A stretch of 64,000 nucleotides of DNA, from contig NMRA01000289.1 of assembly GCA_002633005.1 (NCBI GenBank), positions 486,217 to 550,216 on the forward strand. The letters are read 5' to 3'. Below the pieces are notes generated by a model. That model was not told the DNA's origin, made no database searches, and saw only the letters and a program-made list of their open reading frames with translations. Positions 1-12,000 of the stretch are shown piece after piece. Source of the stretch: Phoronis australis. Taxonomy: Eukaryota > Animalia > Phoronida. Every line of letters starts with the position of its first letter. Positions within the stretch are counted from its first letter, which is position 1. The translations under genes were made by a program, and so were the position numbers.

Positions 1-600
1 TGTCGAATTCTTTCCACAGACAATACCCGGCAAAGCAAAACACCCAATCAATTTACATGTACATGTAAATTGTCCCACCGACCCTCCTATTGGGGAGATT
101 ACCCAGACAAATAATAGAAAGCTTTGGCCTTGCCTTGGCAACTCTTTACTCAGAGTGAAGGACAGCCATGTCTTTTCTTAAACCTTTACTGCTTGCAAGC
201 TGGAAGTTGAAATTTAACAGGAAATTTGCGTACCCTTCACAATCTTTGGATTTAATTGTGAAAAATATAGCTGGTCGACACCCACGTTTCACCTGATTTA
301 TGTAATGCAGGGAGGTTTTGCAGTATGAATACGTTGTCTCTCAGTTCACAGTAATTACATGCAAATGGTGGCTTTGGGGTGAAAACTGCAGATTTTGCGT
401 ATTTTTGCTCGTTTTTTCACGTAGTCGGCTGCACTTCCGGTAGTCACAAAAAGGTGAAAAAATGAATTAGATGAATTAGTTTCAATAGACTTTGATCAAG
501 GTTTTTTTTTGGCTCATTATACTGCTCACATTTTTAAGTTTTGTACAGCCTGTTGGACCTGACTGGTTTTTCAAGTTCGAGATCATGAAAAACTAGCGTA

Positions 601-746
601 CGTTCTATAACGCTAGGACCTACTCTAGGACCTAGCTAAAATCTAGCCAAAGCCACGTGTGTTTTCATTTAAAATACAAGGCAATATCAAACGAAATCTC
701 CCAAATACTGGCTTTATAGCAAGGTCCTAGCGTTATTGAAACACGG
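601..746. mobile_element. Small MITE-like element with terminal inverted repeats
   Basis: cgttctataacgctaggacct (601-621) is the near reverse complement of aggtcctagcgttattgaaacacgg (722-746). Confidence 0.5.
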
Positions 747-1390
747 AACGGGAAGAGTTCCAACCAAACACAGTCGTACGAAAAGACGCTAACAACACAA
801 CGGCGTTAATGTAACACGTGTCGCCGCAATATATTCCATGTATAAAAATCAGCTCGATCTCCTCTACAATATTGGCGGTGATTGTATCGCCAATTAAGTG
901 GATGCCACAGAAATACGTTCCATCGGCAATTGCTGTGCAATCTTCTGGCCGTGATGCTCAGGCACATATAGTCCACACACTAAAACGAGATCAATAACAC
1001 ACAGTAATACTTCAGTCATACATTCAAAAGCGAGTGAAATGGACAACTTACTTCATCTCGACTAAATATGCATGGGTTGGCTACAAAGAACATGAACATC
1101 ACTTATCTCTGAAGATATTTTGGCATTGGATTGAAGGTAGATTCACACTTGGGTCTACAGATGCACTAATGTCGAAACGGACCGACAACATGTGAAAAAC
1201 GGTTTGTTGAAACAATTAGTAGTATCAGGTGGAGCCGATAACCTTTTTTCCGGCTGGTAACTAGGCAAGAATCCTTTTACACTACATAAGGTGTTCCATT
1301 ACAGGACGTCCTGAATGTTTGCCCTTGCTCTCCTGAAATTCTAGGGATTTTAAGCCAACGCTCGATTCTAAGTCAAATACTCACCCCCTG

Positions 1391-2910
1391 GTAACGTACT
1401 TAAAGTCTTGAAATCCATGTACAGCAAATTACGTTCATGCGTAAGGACCCGAGAAGGGTTAACCGACTTTTTTACTGTTCTGTCGGCACCAGACAATGGT
1501 GTATGATCAGCCCACTATTGTTTATCATGTATCTGAACGAATTTATCGAAGTCCCAGATAATGCCCAAAACATTAAAGGGATTTATACCAATGAAGAGGC
1601 TCCTCACGTCAAATTGCTGTTGTATGCTGATGACATGGTTCTGTGTTCGAGCACTCAAATTAATTTGCAAAGAATGTTAAATTGCCTTTATGATTATTGC
1701 TCTTCTTGGGGCATGAGTGTAAGTCTGAAAAAAAAACTAAGATCGTTGTTTTTAGAAATGGCGGGCCACTCAGAGCGTATGAGAAGTGGTATTATGGAAA
1801 CCAAGTAGTGGAGATTGTCTCCCAATATAAATATCTTGGGATATTTTTCACACCAAGATTAGTTTGGTCCGAAGCGACTAAAAATCTGGCACGTCAAGGT
1901 AGTAAAGCTGCTATGTCCATCTCTAAAATTAGAAACCGGTGCACGGAATTACCATTGAGCCTATCACTGGAACTGTTTGATAAAATTGCTGTACCAACTA
2001 TGTGTTACGGCGCGGAAATCTGGAGATTCAAAGAATATGACTGGCTTGAAAATGTTTATGTTAAATTCTGTAAAATTGCTCTTGGAGTTGGAAACTGTTG
2101 CTCAAACGCAGCTGTGTTGGGTGAATGTGGAATTTATCCGCTCTATGCAAAGTATTATGTCACGTGTGTAAAATATTGGCTAAAGTTATTGAAAATGCCA
2201 CCTACTAGATACGGTAAAGCGGCTTATGACATGTTAGTTGATTTAGATAGGAATGGTAGAAATACTTGGGTATCTTCTGTTAGACAATTGCTATCGAAAT
2301 ACGGTTTTATGAAATTTGGTTGAATCAAGGTGTCACGTGCGATGTCTCGTTTCTAAGTTTTTTCGCGCAAAGAGTTAATGACTGTTATGAACAAGGTTGG
2401 CGATCAGAAATTGAGCATAACGCAAAACTTAAATTCTACTGTAACTTTAAGACTCTGTACTGGTTTGAACCATATCCTAAGTTACCGCTACACAATAGTC
2501 TTATTCAAGCGTTTACTCGTTTACGTTGCTCCAACCACAGACTACAAGTGGAAGTGGGTAGACACGAGAAAGTGGATTATTACAATAGATTATGTACAGG
2601 GCTTGCAATGATGGTCTTGTAGAGGATGAATACCATTTCCTGTTGGTTTGCAAGGGATATTGTGAACTTAGGTCACGTTTTATGAAGGAAGCTCAATGGA
2701 AACATCCAACTCAAGAATCCTGTATACGCCTGCTCGCTAATCCAGATATCTCTGCTGTTAAATATGTGTATTTTGCCCATAAAAGACGAGAACAACTCTT
2801 AAATGGGTTGACTGCTTGTGCAAATGTGCCTGATTAATTGTTTTGTTTATTGTACTTTGGGCCAGAGGCCTTCAATACAAATAAAAGTATAATTATTATT
2901 ATTATTATAT
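1391..2910 (+). mobile_element. 5'-truncated non-LTR retrotransposon (RTEX-like LINE), frameshifted RT plus C-terminal CCHC, with TSD
   Basis: RT motifs (QWCMISPLLFIMYLNE, LLLYADDMVL, YKYLGIFF) and C-terminal RLRCSNHRLQVEVGR..C..C..VEDEYHFLLVC; AATAAA at 2880 followed by an (ATT)n tail; flanked by the 13-bp direct repeat TACTCACCCCCTG at 1378-1390 and 2911-2923. Clade assignment is tentative. Confidence 0.92.
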
Positions 2911-3063
2911 TACTCACCCCCTGTGTCAATCTGAATGCCATTTTTACTGGTGATTGCTAAGGCAACATTTCTCCAGAAAGTGAACATGTTCGCAGCATTT
3001 TCGTTATCTGGCCACAGCAGGTATGTGTCGTCTGCCATTAGGTATCTCAGTTTCCGGTTCAAC
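2910..3063 (-). CDS. TLR coding exon 5: TIR box 3 and C-terminus
   Basis: LNRKLRYLMADDTYLLWPDNENAANMFTFWRNVALAITSKNGIQIDTGGE*; TYLxWP...FW is the TIR box 3 region; acceptor CAG at 3066-3064; TAA at 2912-2910. An alternative GTGAGT donor lies at 2917. Confidence 0.85.
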
Positions 3064-6000
3064 CTGATAGTAATGAAGATAGTCGATGCAGTGGTTACAG
3101 TAATGGTACAAATACCACTTAATCATCAACATCAAGTAATTATATAGTAATTAAAAATAGCCAAAGCAAGTTATAATTCGTGTTGATTGAAGGTCTTTTG
3201 TATGAGAGACTATCGAAAAAATCATTTAGATAACCTATCATTTAATCAATATGAATTATCTAACGATTATATACTAGCTAAAGTTATGTATAGAACATTA
3301 ACATCCCAATAACTACTTGCATCTGTAGTGAGAATGAAAAGTTAGAGAATTGCAAAGTAGAAGAATGTAACGATAGCTTTCAGCATAAATGGTAAAAAAC
3401 AAAGAAAAATAGATAATTTCCACCTTTTCATTTCTATAGACCACCGGACACAGAGATCATGACACTTTCACTACCGACTGTCCACTCATTGTTTGTGATA
3501 TAGAACTTTCTCAGAAAGATATCGGTGGACATCCGCATTCGTAAAAAGCTGGAGCAGCGTTTGACAACAGAAGTACATAGCAACTTTACTGAGATTTTAC
3601 AACTGGCAAGACAACAAGCTGTTCGTAAGATTACATATTAACGGATGCTTATTCAATAAATATTCTTTACAAAAACTATCAACATAGGAATGTGAAAAAA
3701 ACTACTGAGTTACTATAGGTTCGGCAAAGTTTGACAATCGACCATCTTTGGGATAAGTGGCCAGTTGCACGTAAAAGGGTCAATAGGAACTAAACTGTGT
3801 TTCTTAAATTTTCAGGGCATTTATGGAATTTGTGCAAACAATAGTTATCCTCTCTTCCGCTGACTGATGTTCATTGTCATGTTCTAGCTTTGATACATAT
3901 GGAGAACAAGCTATTTGTTGACATCTACATATTAATGAAAATAAATGCAATATCAACAATTTGAGGACTTCGTCCCCACTTATGTTCACAAGGGCCAGCA
4001 TTTCAGATATACTATTATACAACGTCACAAGTATAAGATGAGCTTGCAATCGATAAAGTGATGGACAATATAACATTAGTGAATAAACGCAATCTTCAAA
4101 TGGGCTGATATTTGAGTTTGTGTTGGGATTGTCTCATGGAATCGGCCTGTGATTTTTTAAACATTTCCGTGGGGAATTTTTATTTGCCAATTCCGCGACA
4201 ATTGAGAGCCAAAGGTTTATTTGTGAACCTTTGTAATCGTAACATTAACAATAACAATAATAATAAAAATATTATTATTATTAATAGTTACAGCAGCAGC
4301 AGCAACAACAGTAACAACAACAACAATAACAACAACAATAATAAGGTTGGATTTATTGTTCATTTTGGTGCAGTGTGTTTGGAGAATATGAGAGTTAAGT
4401 GAAGTGAAAGTTTATTGTTCTCATGAAAAAAGTAAAACTTGAGACAGAACATTTGAAAATGTTTAGCTAACTGCAAAGTTATTTGTTTACAACTGGATTG
4501 GCCATGCTCAATATATTGTGACAGTGTAATGTTCCTAAAAATATTTTGTTTGTATTATTCTCGGACGGTTATTTCTGTTAATGCCCAGGTAACAATGTCA
4601 GTGGGGTCGCTAGAGCCTGATATGTACATGAAGGTACAGTACTGGGACAAAAGTAATCGAGAAAAAACACCGTATACTCACCATTACTGCTAATTATATT
4701 TACAGCAAAAATGACATGCAATAACTGTTATATTGACAAAATTCTAATTACAAAATGGGTTAGCCACCTTTCTAATTCCCATATTAATTCTCCTTTTCCG
4801 GCGATGATTTTAGCTTCCATCCAGCTGTCATGACTGGGAATCACGAGTCATTTTGTCTGAATACTTTTGGCACGTATTGTATATAGGATTAAAATCTCTC
4901 AGTACACATATCTTGGAGTTGTAAGATATTCCAACTGTTTGTTCCAGGTTAAAGACTTCGATGTTTAGATCGAGACAATTTTTTACCATTTCAATGTATT
5001 GTTATTTATTTTTAGTCGGGGAAGGTGCTCTTCGTGTATATGTTGTTGATGACAACATAAATTTTGTTTTACTACAATTAAGGGTCAATTTGTTGAATAT
5101 CAGCCATTCATGAAGTTTGTTAAACTTGTTATTGATTTCATTAATAATTTGTGCTTTGTAGCATCTCTACATATTTTTAAAATAGCGAATTCAAGCAGGT
5201 GTCGTCGGCACACATCAATAAGTCAAAGTTTGTTCATAAACAAAATGTCATTGAAAGCAAGAGAGAACCTGGAACAAAGCCTTGTTAAATTCCAATGGTT
5301 AAACACTGTTGAGTAGATGCAGAATTGTTGGAATCATACATACTAGTTTTTGGATATTAGATAACTTTGAAACCATGTCTACATTGTGCTATGTACTCCA
5401 TAATCTTAATTAGGACAGTAATATGTTTCAATTCATGGTGTTAAACGCTTTGTTTTACTTTTGTCAAGGTACACGTATCTATGAAAACTATCGATTAATT
5501 CCAACGCGGCTGTTTCCTTGGAGTAGTGTTTTCGAAATTCATATAGATGATTGTATATTGATTGTTTTTTGATGAATTATATGTAAAGCTGTCAATAGAC
5601 AACTTTTTCAAAAACCTTTATAAAATCACAAAGTATTGAAACGGGGATGTAGCTATTCATGACAATGTTGTAAGACTCGCACATGATTTGAGTAACGCAC
5701 TAGATACTACGCCAATTCAAGAACTAGTTTTGGTTTATATTTTTAGGAATTTGAATACTTTGTGTTCAGCTATAAGTTCAAATTCGAATACATTAGCTGT
5801 TTTCCTGAATAATGGTTGAAATGAATCTTTCCTTCATAGTTTAAAAGGTTGGATGCAGACTGAGGACCCATGTTAACAAATAATCATAAAAACAGTGCAA
5901 CAACAGTTTGAAGGATCGATGTTGCATGACTACCTTGTGTAAAAAGGATTCAGTGCTCCTCACTTGCAGGTAGGACATCGACCTTTTTGGACTCTCTCCT

Positions 6001-9000
6001 GCTAAGCCGGTCAACATCACCTCATTACAGAAATTATCGTATTGCCATTTTTTGTTTAATCCCTTACTTATTTGCTAACCTTTTAATTACCTGCCGATGG
6101 ACAGATGACCTTTCACCACACAGAGAATCTTGCTCTTCCCCTTAATGGACAGGGATAGGTCAGTTTCAAAGCTCCACCATGACTCTTGACTTCTCAAAGC
6201 ATGGTCGGTGATCAACAGTATTACTTTCTTGCTACGGCCAACTCCTGAAATACGTGTTGGATTTACTGGGCAGTTTTGGAAAGGTGATCATCTTTGTGCA
6301 TAGGCCAAAAGCGGCCGAGTCTAACATGTTATACAGATACAAGTGAAATCGTCGTAACGATTGCGAAGAACTTGCTTGAGGAATTCTCAATAACGCTTCT
6401 CATGAATACATTGACAAGACCGAGAAGGGGGCCTTCCTATAAGAAAGGTAACTGTCCAATAAATTGAAGAACACCATGTGCGAAGTAATTTTAAAGGAGA
6501 ACAGCCCACTAACTCCAAAGTTTCAGTACTCCGGGGATCTCTATTCCGAAGATTCTCTATAATGACGGTTTACTACGATAGAAATAAATTAAATTGCAGA
6601 CTCAGGTGTAATTTTCAGATTTCTTTATGAAAAATAAGCGAAATGGTGTACTTGCTGAAAACAATGACCGAGTTCTAATGCACTTTGTTAGCGTTTAAGC
6701 AAGCGCATGCGAAATTGGGCTTAAAATTATGTCTTATGGATACGGAAGAATGAGTACGTACTTCGTTGCGCTGTTAAAAAGAATATAAAGTAGGAATATT
6801 AATCAATTACCGACCACCATAGATTGACCAAATTCATATCCTGATCGTGTCCTGTCACTGAGATACAGAACTGTTGATCAGCTGCTCATCAACCTGACCC
6901 ATCGCACCTGGTAACCATGCACACGACCAAATCGATTGAAACTATATGTAGGCCTAGAGGGCTACCCCGACCCTGCTGATTTTCGTTAAGTGGACCCAAA
7001 TACAGTATTACGTCAATCCAGCCTCAGAAGCAGACATGCTAAATTAGTGAATGCTCGGAGTATTGAACCCTCGGAGTAGTGAAACTTTGGACTAGAAATA
7101 TAGCAATATTTAAGTAGTGTAATACATGGTTTTAAGTAGAAACATCGCAATGGACAAATCATCTCAAAAACTTCATATGTATCACGTATTTTCGGCTTAC
7201 ATCCAATGCAAATGAACACATTTGGCATGGAGGAAACTTGTTTATGAAAACATTTTAGGAGAATTTGTACACCCGAATGTCACGGAGTTAACGAACAGTA
7301 GAGTATTTCAATGTGCTAACCAAGACAACGCAATTCAATAATAGGACCTAAAGGCCCTAAAGGGATTTTTGAGAAATGTTATAAGCAAAGACGCCATCAC
7401 ATCCAACAACTGATTAGTGCAAGAATTAGTCATCCCGAGTTTCGCAAGTAAGATGGCTAACATTTACACTGAACAGGTTCTTTAATATGTTATATAAGGA
7501 AGCGAATTATGACCTTTGATCAGTGTACCAAGAAGTCCCAAAGCCAGGTGTCCCTGAATCCTCTCACAATAATTGCGGAAAAATTAATCGGTGTCCCCAG
7601 AAAAGTCTAAAACTTTACCAATGAATCAAATGCCAATGACCTCAAGGTGTGAAAACGTGTTCATCTTGTTTAGTTTTCTCAAACGAAATGATGAAAGGCA
7701 AGAACTCAGAAACTTCAATTTATGTGTGAAAGAGCGTGGCACACGATAATGCAAAACTCAGAGATGTTGATGAATTTTTAACCAGCATTACCTGGTTATA
7801 ATGCGTTCCTCACAATCTCTATTATGCTTTTGTTAGACGCTACAAAAATGTCCCATACTTGAGTAACTTCGAAACGTCATGTCTTAGAAATGGCGGATCA
7901 GATTCATATGAGCTTTCCCATACTGTTTTATGTTCTGTTCTCCAAACCGTTATTAGAAATAGCTTTTCACTTTAGCAAGATGCACATTTAAGATAAGGAC
8001 ATTTACGCCTTTTATGAAAAAATATAAATTGCATGAAACAAAGCAAACGATAATTTAGAAAACTACCTGTATAACAGCATTTTTGAGATTTCACCTTTGA
8101 CATCAATGTCAAATGAAATTTGGCATTGTTATTGTGGTTGTTTGTTTGCTATCAATATTTCCTTTTTTGCTGTAAATTTCACTGAAAAGACATGGTCACA
8201 TTACCCAATCTATGGCACGTCGGTATAAAGACAAAAATGAAAATCTGCCATCTTCATACGTTCATAAAATATATGTACTTTAGAAGAATTTTAATTGATA
8301 GTTTTGTAGACATGTGGTTGAATGCACAGACAATGATGCTCTTTCAACTGCACGTGCACAAACATCCGTTTGAACTGACCGTCAAAAATGCTGTCGTGGT
8401 GATCACCAGGCAACGGTGCATTTCTGTCGTGTATGTAGATCTTAAGGCCATGATCTCGCTCAAGAACCGCTGTCATTTCCAATGCTTTGTCGTGGTCTCT
8501 GCTTTCATAAGCTAGATAGGCATCGTATCTGTGACCGTCGTTGGGCTCAGGAGGTTGTCGAAATAACTTGTAGATGATGTAACGGATGTGCCATCTTCTG
8601 TACCACCCTGTATTGGATTTTGCATAGACTAGTGACTGACCTATTCACGAATGAACTATACATAAATTATTGTATTTCTGTGTTCAACCAAAAGTCCCGC
8701 AGGGTCTGTAAACTTGACTGTCTACACGGATTTTAGAAGCTCGCTGGTTCGAGCTCCGATCGTGACAGCAATGTTTTCAGTCGTGTAAGTACTAGGTCAA
8801 GTGATCACATGTGACTCTTAAAAGTGCTTACTCTACACATAGGGAGCAAGTGATAATTAATTAATGGTGTAATAAAGACAATGACTCTATAAGAAATGGT
8901 CTAATTTAAGCCTCTTACCCATGGTTGGATTTTGTTCCTAGTCCAGAGGTTTAGAGCCAGTTTAAGGTTCGAGAGGAAATGAGAGTTCGTTATCGCTTCA

Positions 9001-12000
9001 GACTAGACTTATATCAGTTACTTCTCACGGGTAGTTATTTTCAGCAGCTAAAGCGGTGTGATTGTCAGTGGAACTCCAGACGTTATGTTGTGTCCAGTTT
9101 CATTTCAATCAAAGGACATTAAAATGCACTGAAGTTGATTGAATAAGGTTGTGAAGAAAGTTGTAACACCAGATCCTGGTTTATGGTGGTTTTAACCCAA
9201 ATTATTGAGAATAATTGTATTATTTACAGCGAGGATCGCAATGGGTGGTAGCGATGGTCAAAATAATTTTATCCCAAAAATTGTTCAGTTGCGACAACTT
9301 ACCTATGACTACGGACAACACCAGAACAGTGCCAGCTACCAACGAACTTGTTAGAACAGTAATAACATTAGAAAAGCATTCGTCACGAAAATCCTCGTAG
9401 TCACTGTTAAGAAATTCCTCCAAATTTCGTGTTTTGCCTTTATAGGTACACGTGTATGAGCTCTTCTTGGGAAATGTAACACTGGCAGTTCTCAACCATT
9501 CGAGGAAGTTCAGAGTGGCGCAGGAACACAGCATGATGTTTCCAGATAGGTCTACAATCAGTTTGTGTTGCTCCGCGATAGAATCTAGGGCAGATGTCTC
9601 GCTTGACGATAGAAATAAAATCGCATTCTTAGACAAATTTAGAAACTCTAACATTGGAAATTTTTCCACTTGTAATCCTATTTTGTCAAGTTTGTTGTTT
9701 GCCAAATGTATTTTTGCTAAATTTTCATTGCCTGTTAAACATTCTGCGGTGAGGTTGTGCAAATAATTTCTTGTCAGGTCTATCTCAGTGAGAGTTGTTA
9801 CGTTTTCAAAAACCCTGGCGAACTGATGGGGTTTCATTTCTAAACCGAGTAAATTGTCCTGAAGTTCTATTACTTCTATCGATGGTAAATAAGCTAGAAA
9901 TCCAGGCTTAACGTACTTCAGATTATTGTTACGAAGGATCAAATGACTGAGTAACGTTAATCCCCTAACCGTAGTTTCAAGTAATTCGAGCCTGTTCTCT
10001 GACAAGTCGATGAGCTTTACGTTATTGGGTGCAAATTCTATGTCTATATTCCAGAAATATAAAAGCAAGGTGTGGACGATGTATATTTTCTCCAAGTTCT
10101 GGGGAACCGGTATCTTTTTGAAGGAGGAGTAATATGCTGCAGCCATATCCAAGCTTACAGATTGCTCACTTTCTTCTTGATCCTGAGTGTATTCTGAAAG
10201 GAGGATTTGTTTCTGCAATTAATATTGGAAACAACTTATCTTACATATGTTGAAGCGAATCATAGGCGGGATCTATTTGTACCGCAATAATGGAAAATCT
10301 TTTCTTCGTGTCCTTTGATATTGTGGTCGATATTGCAATTTCCAGCGAGTTGTTAAAACTTAGTCCTCAATTCCATAAGGCTAGCTTCTTGCGAATATGG
10401 CGAGACCGTTCAAGTACATGTAGAGTTTAGTTTCATTTTATTGTCATACACCACAAGCAAAGCACGTGATCTTAGTACTTAGCGACAACAGCCAAGGAAC
10501 AAACAACTGGGTTGAGTTCTGTAGACGCGGGAAGGTATCAGCTTGCACTTGCGGCGAAAAATCGTCACTTATGGAGCGGAAACAATGAACTCAATCCCAT
10601 AATTCATGAAATTAATACAAAGCACACGAATCCAAGATTTCGAGTTGAGTAAGCACAATAGGTGTCAGTACTGGAGTGATAGAGAACTAGACAGAGAAAA
10701 CAAGTCGAGTTTTACGTTGCGCTCCATATGAACCAAACAATAAAAAGCGTAGTTCTTTTAAAAGTAGCGAGTAAATGGTGAAAACAGCACTTGATAATAA
10801 ATTTGTGTCATCAGTGCATGAGTATTTGTGTATTGTTCGCGTACAGACACTTTTAGATGAAATTAGCTTTTGATCCCTCGTATTTTGGCTTCGATGACCA
10901 GCCGATGTCGGAGTTACAAGTAACAGCAACAATTGACGATTCTAATGATGTTAAAACGCTTCTATTGAAATACTATAAAACTTTTATTTTCTTTATAGCA
11001 CGGGTTTACTAACAGTACCAACACTGATCCTGAAAACGTGGTCGACCTTGCAAATTATAGGCAACATCGGCATCAAACAAGGCGTTCCAAATTTGAGCAT
11101 GGGGTGGTTCTAATTGTTGGGAGTGGTTTAATTTCAACTTATTGACAAAACAGTCAATATCTTTAAAACATTGGTTTGTTCCAGATGATGTCAAGTGCTT
11201 TCTAAAAACCTACCTGTAAATGCTGAGTCGATCGGATAGATGGAGTAACGCTCACATCCATAGTTGCTAGTGTACTGCCAGCTAACGTGAATCTCCCTCA
11301 AATGGACCAAACCAGACAAACTGATGCAAACAGAAAACACCTCTTTGTAAATACCTGTGAATCAAACAGAAATTGTACTGCTCACTGCGGCGCCAAAATN
11401 NNNNNNNNNNNNNNNNNNNNNNNNNNNNNNNNNNNNNNNNNNNNNNNNNNNNNNNNNNNNNNNNNNNNNNNNNNNNNNNNNNNNNNNNNNNNNNNNNNNN
11501 NNNNNNNNNNNNNNNNNNNNNNNNNNNNNNNNNNNNNNNNNNNNNNNNNNNNNNNNNNNNNNNNNNNNNNNNNNNNNNNNNNNNNNNNNNNNNNNNNNNN
11601 NNNNNNNNNNNNNNNNNNNNNNNNNNNNNNNNNNNNNNNNNNNNNNNNNNNNNNNNNNNNNNNNNNNNNNNNNNNNNNNNNNNNNNNNNNNNNNNNNNNN
11701 NNNNNNNNNNNNNNNNNNNNNNNNNNNNNNNNNNNNNNNNNNNNNNNNNNNNNNNNNNNNNNNNNNNNNNNNNNNNNNNNNNNNNNNNNNNNNNNNNNNN
11801 NNNNNNNNNNNNNNNNNNNNNNNNNNNNNNNNNNNNNNNNNNNNNNNNNNNNNNNNNNNNNNNNNNNNNNNNNNNNNNNNNNNNNNNNNNNNNNNNNNNN
11901 NNNNNNNNNNNNNNNNNNNNNNNNNNNNNNNNNNNNNNNNNNNNNNNNNNNNNNNNNNNNNNNNNNNNNNNNNNNNNNNNNNNNNNNNNNNNNNNNNNNN

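Noticed and set aside
11009-11213. Minus-strand ORF as an additional TLR exon
   Set aside because: No LRR pattern, and nearby acceptors give stops or phases incompatible with the phase-0 flanking exons.
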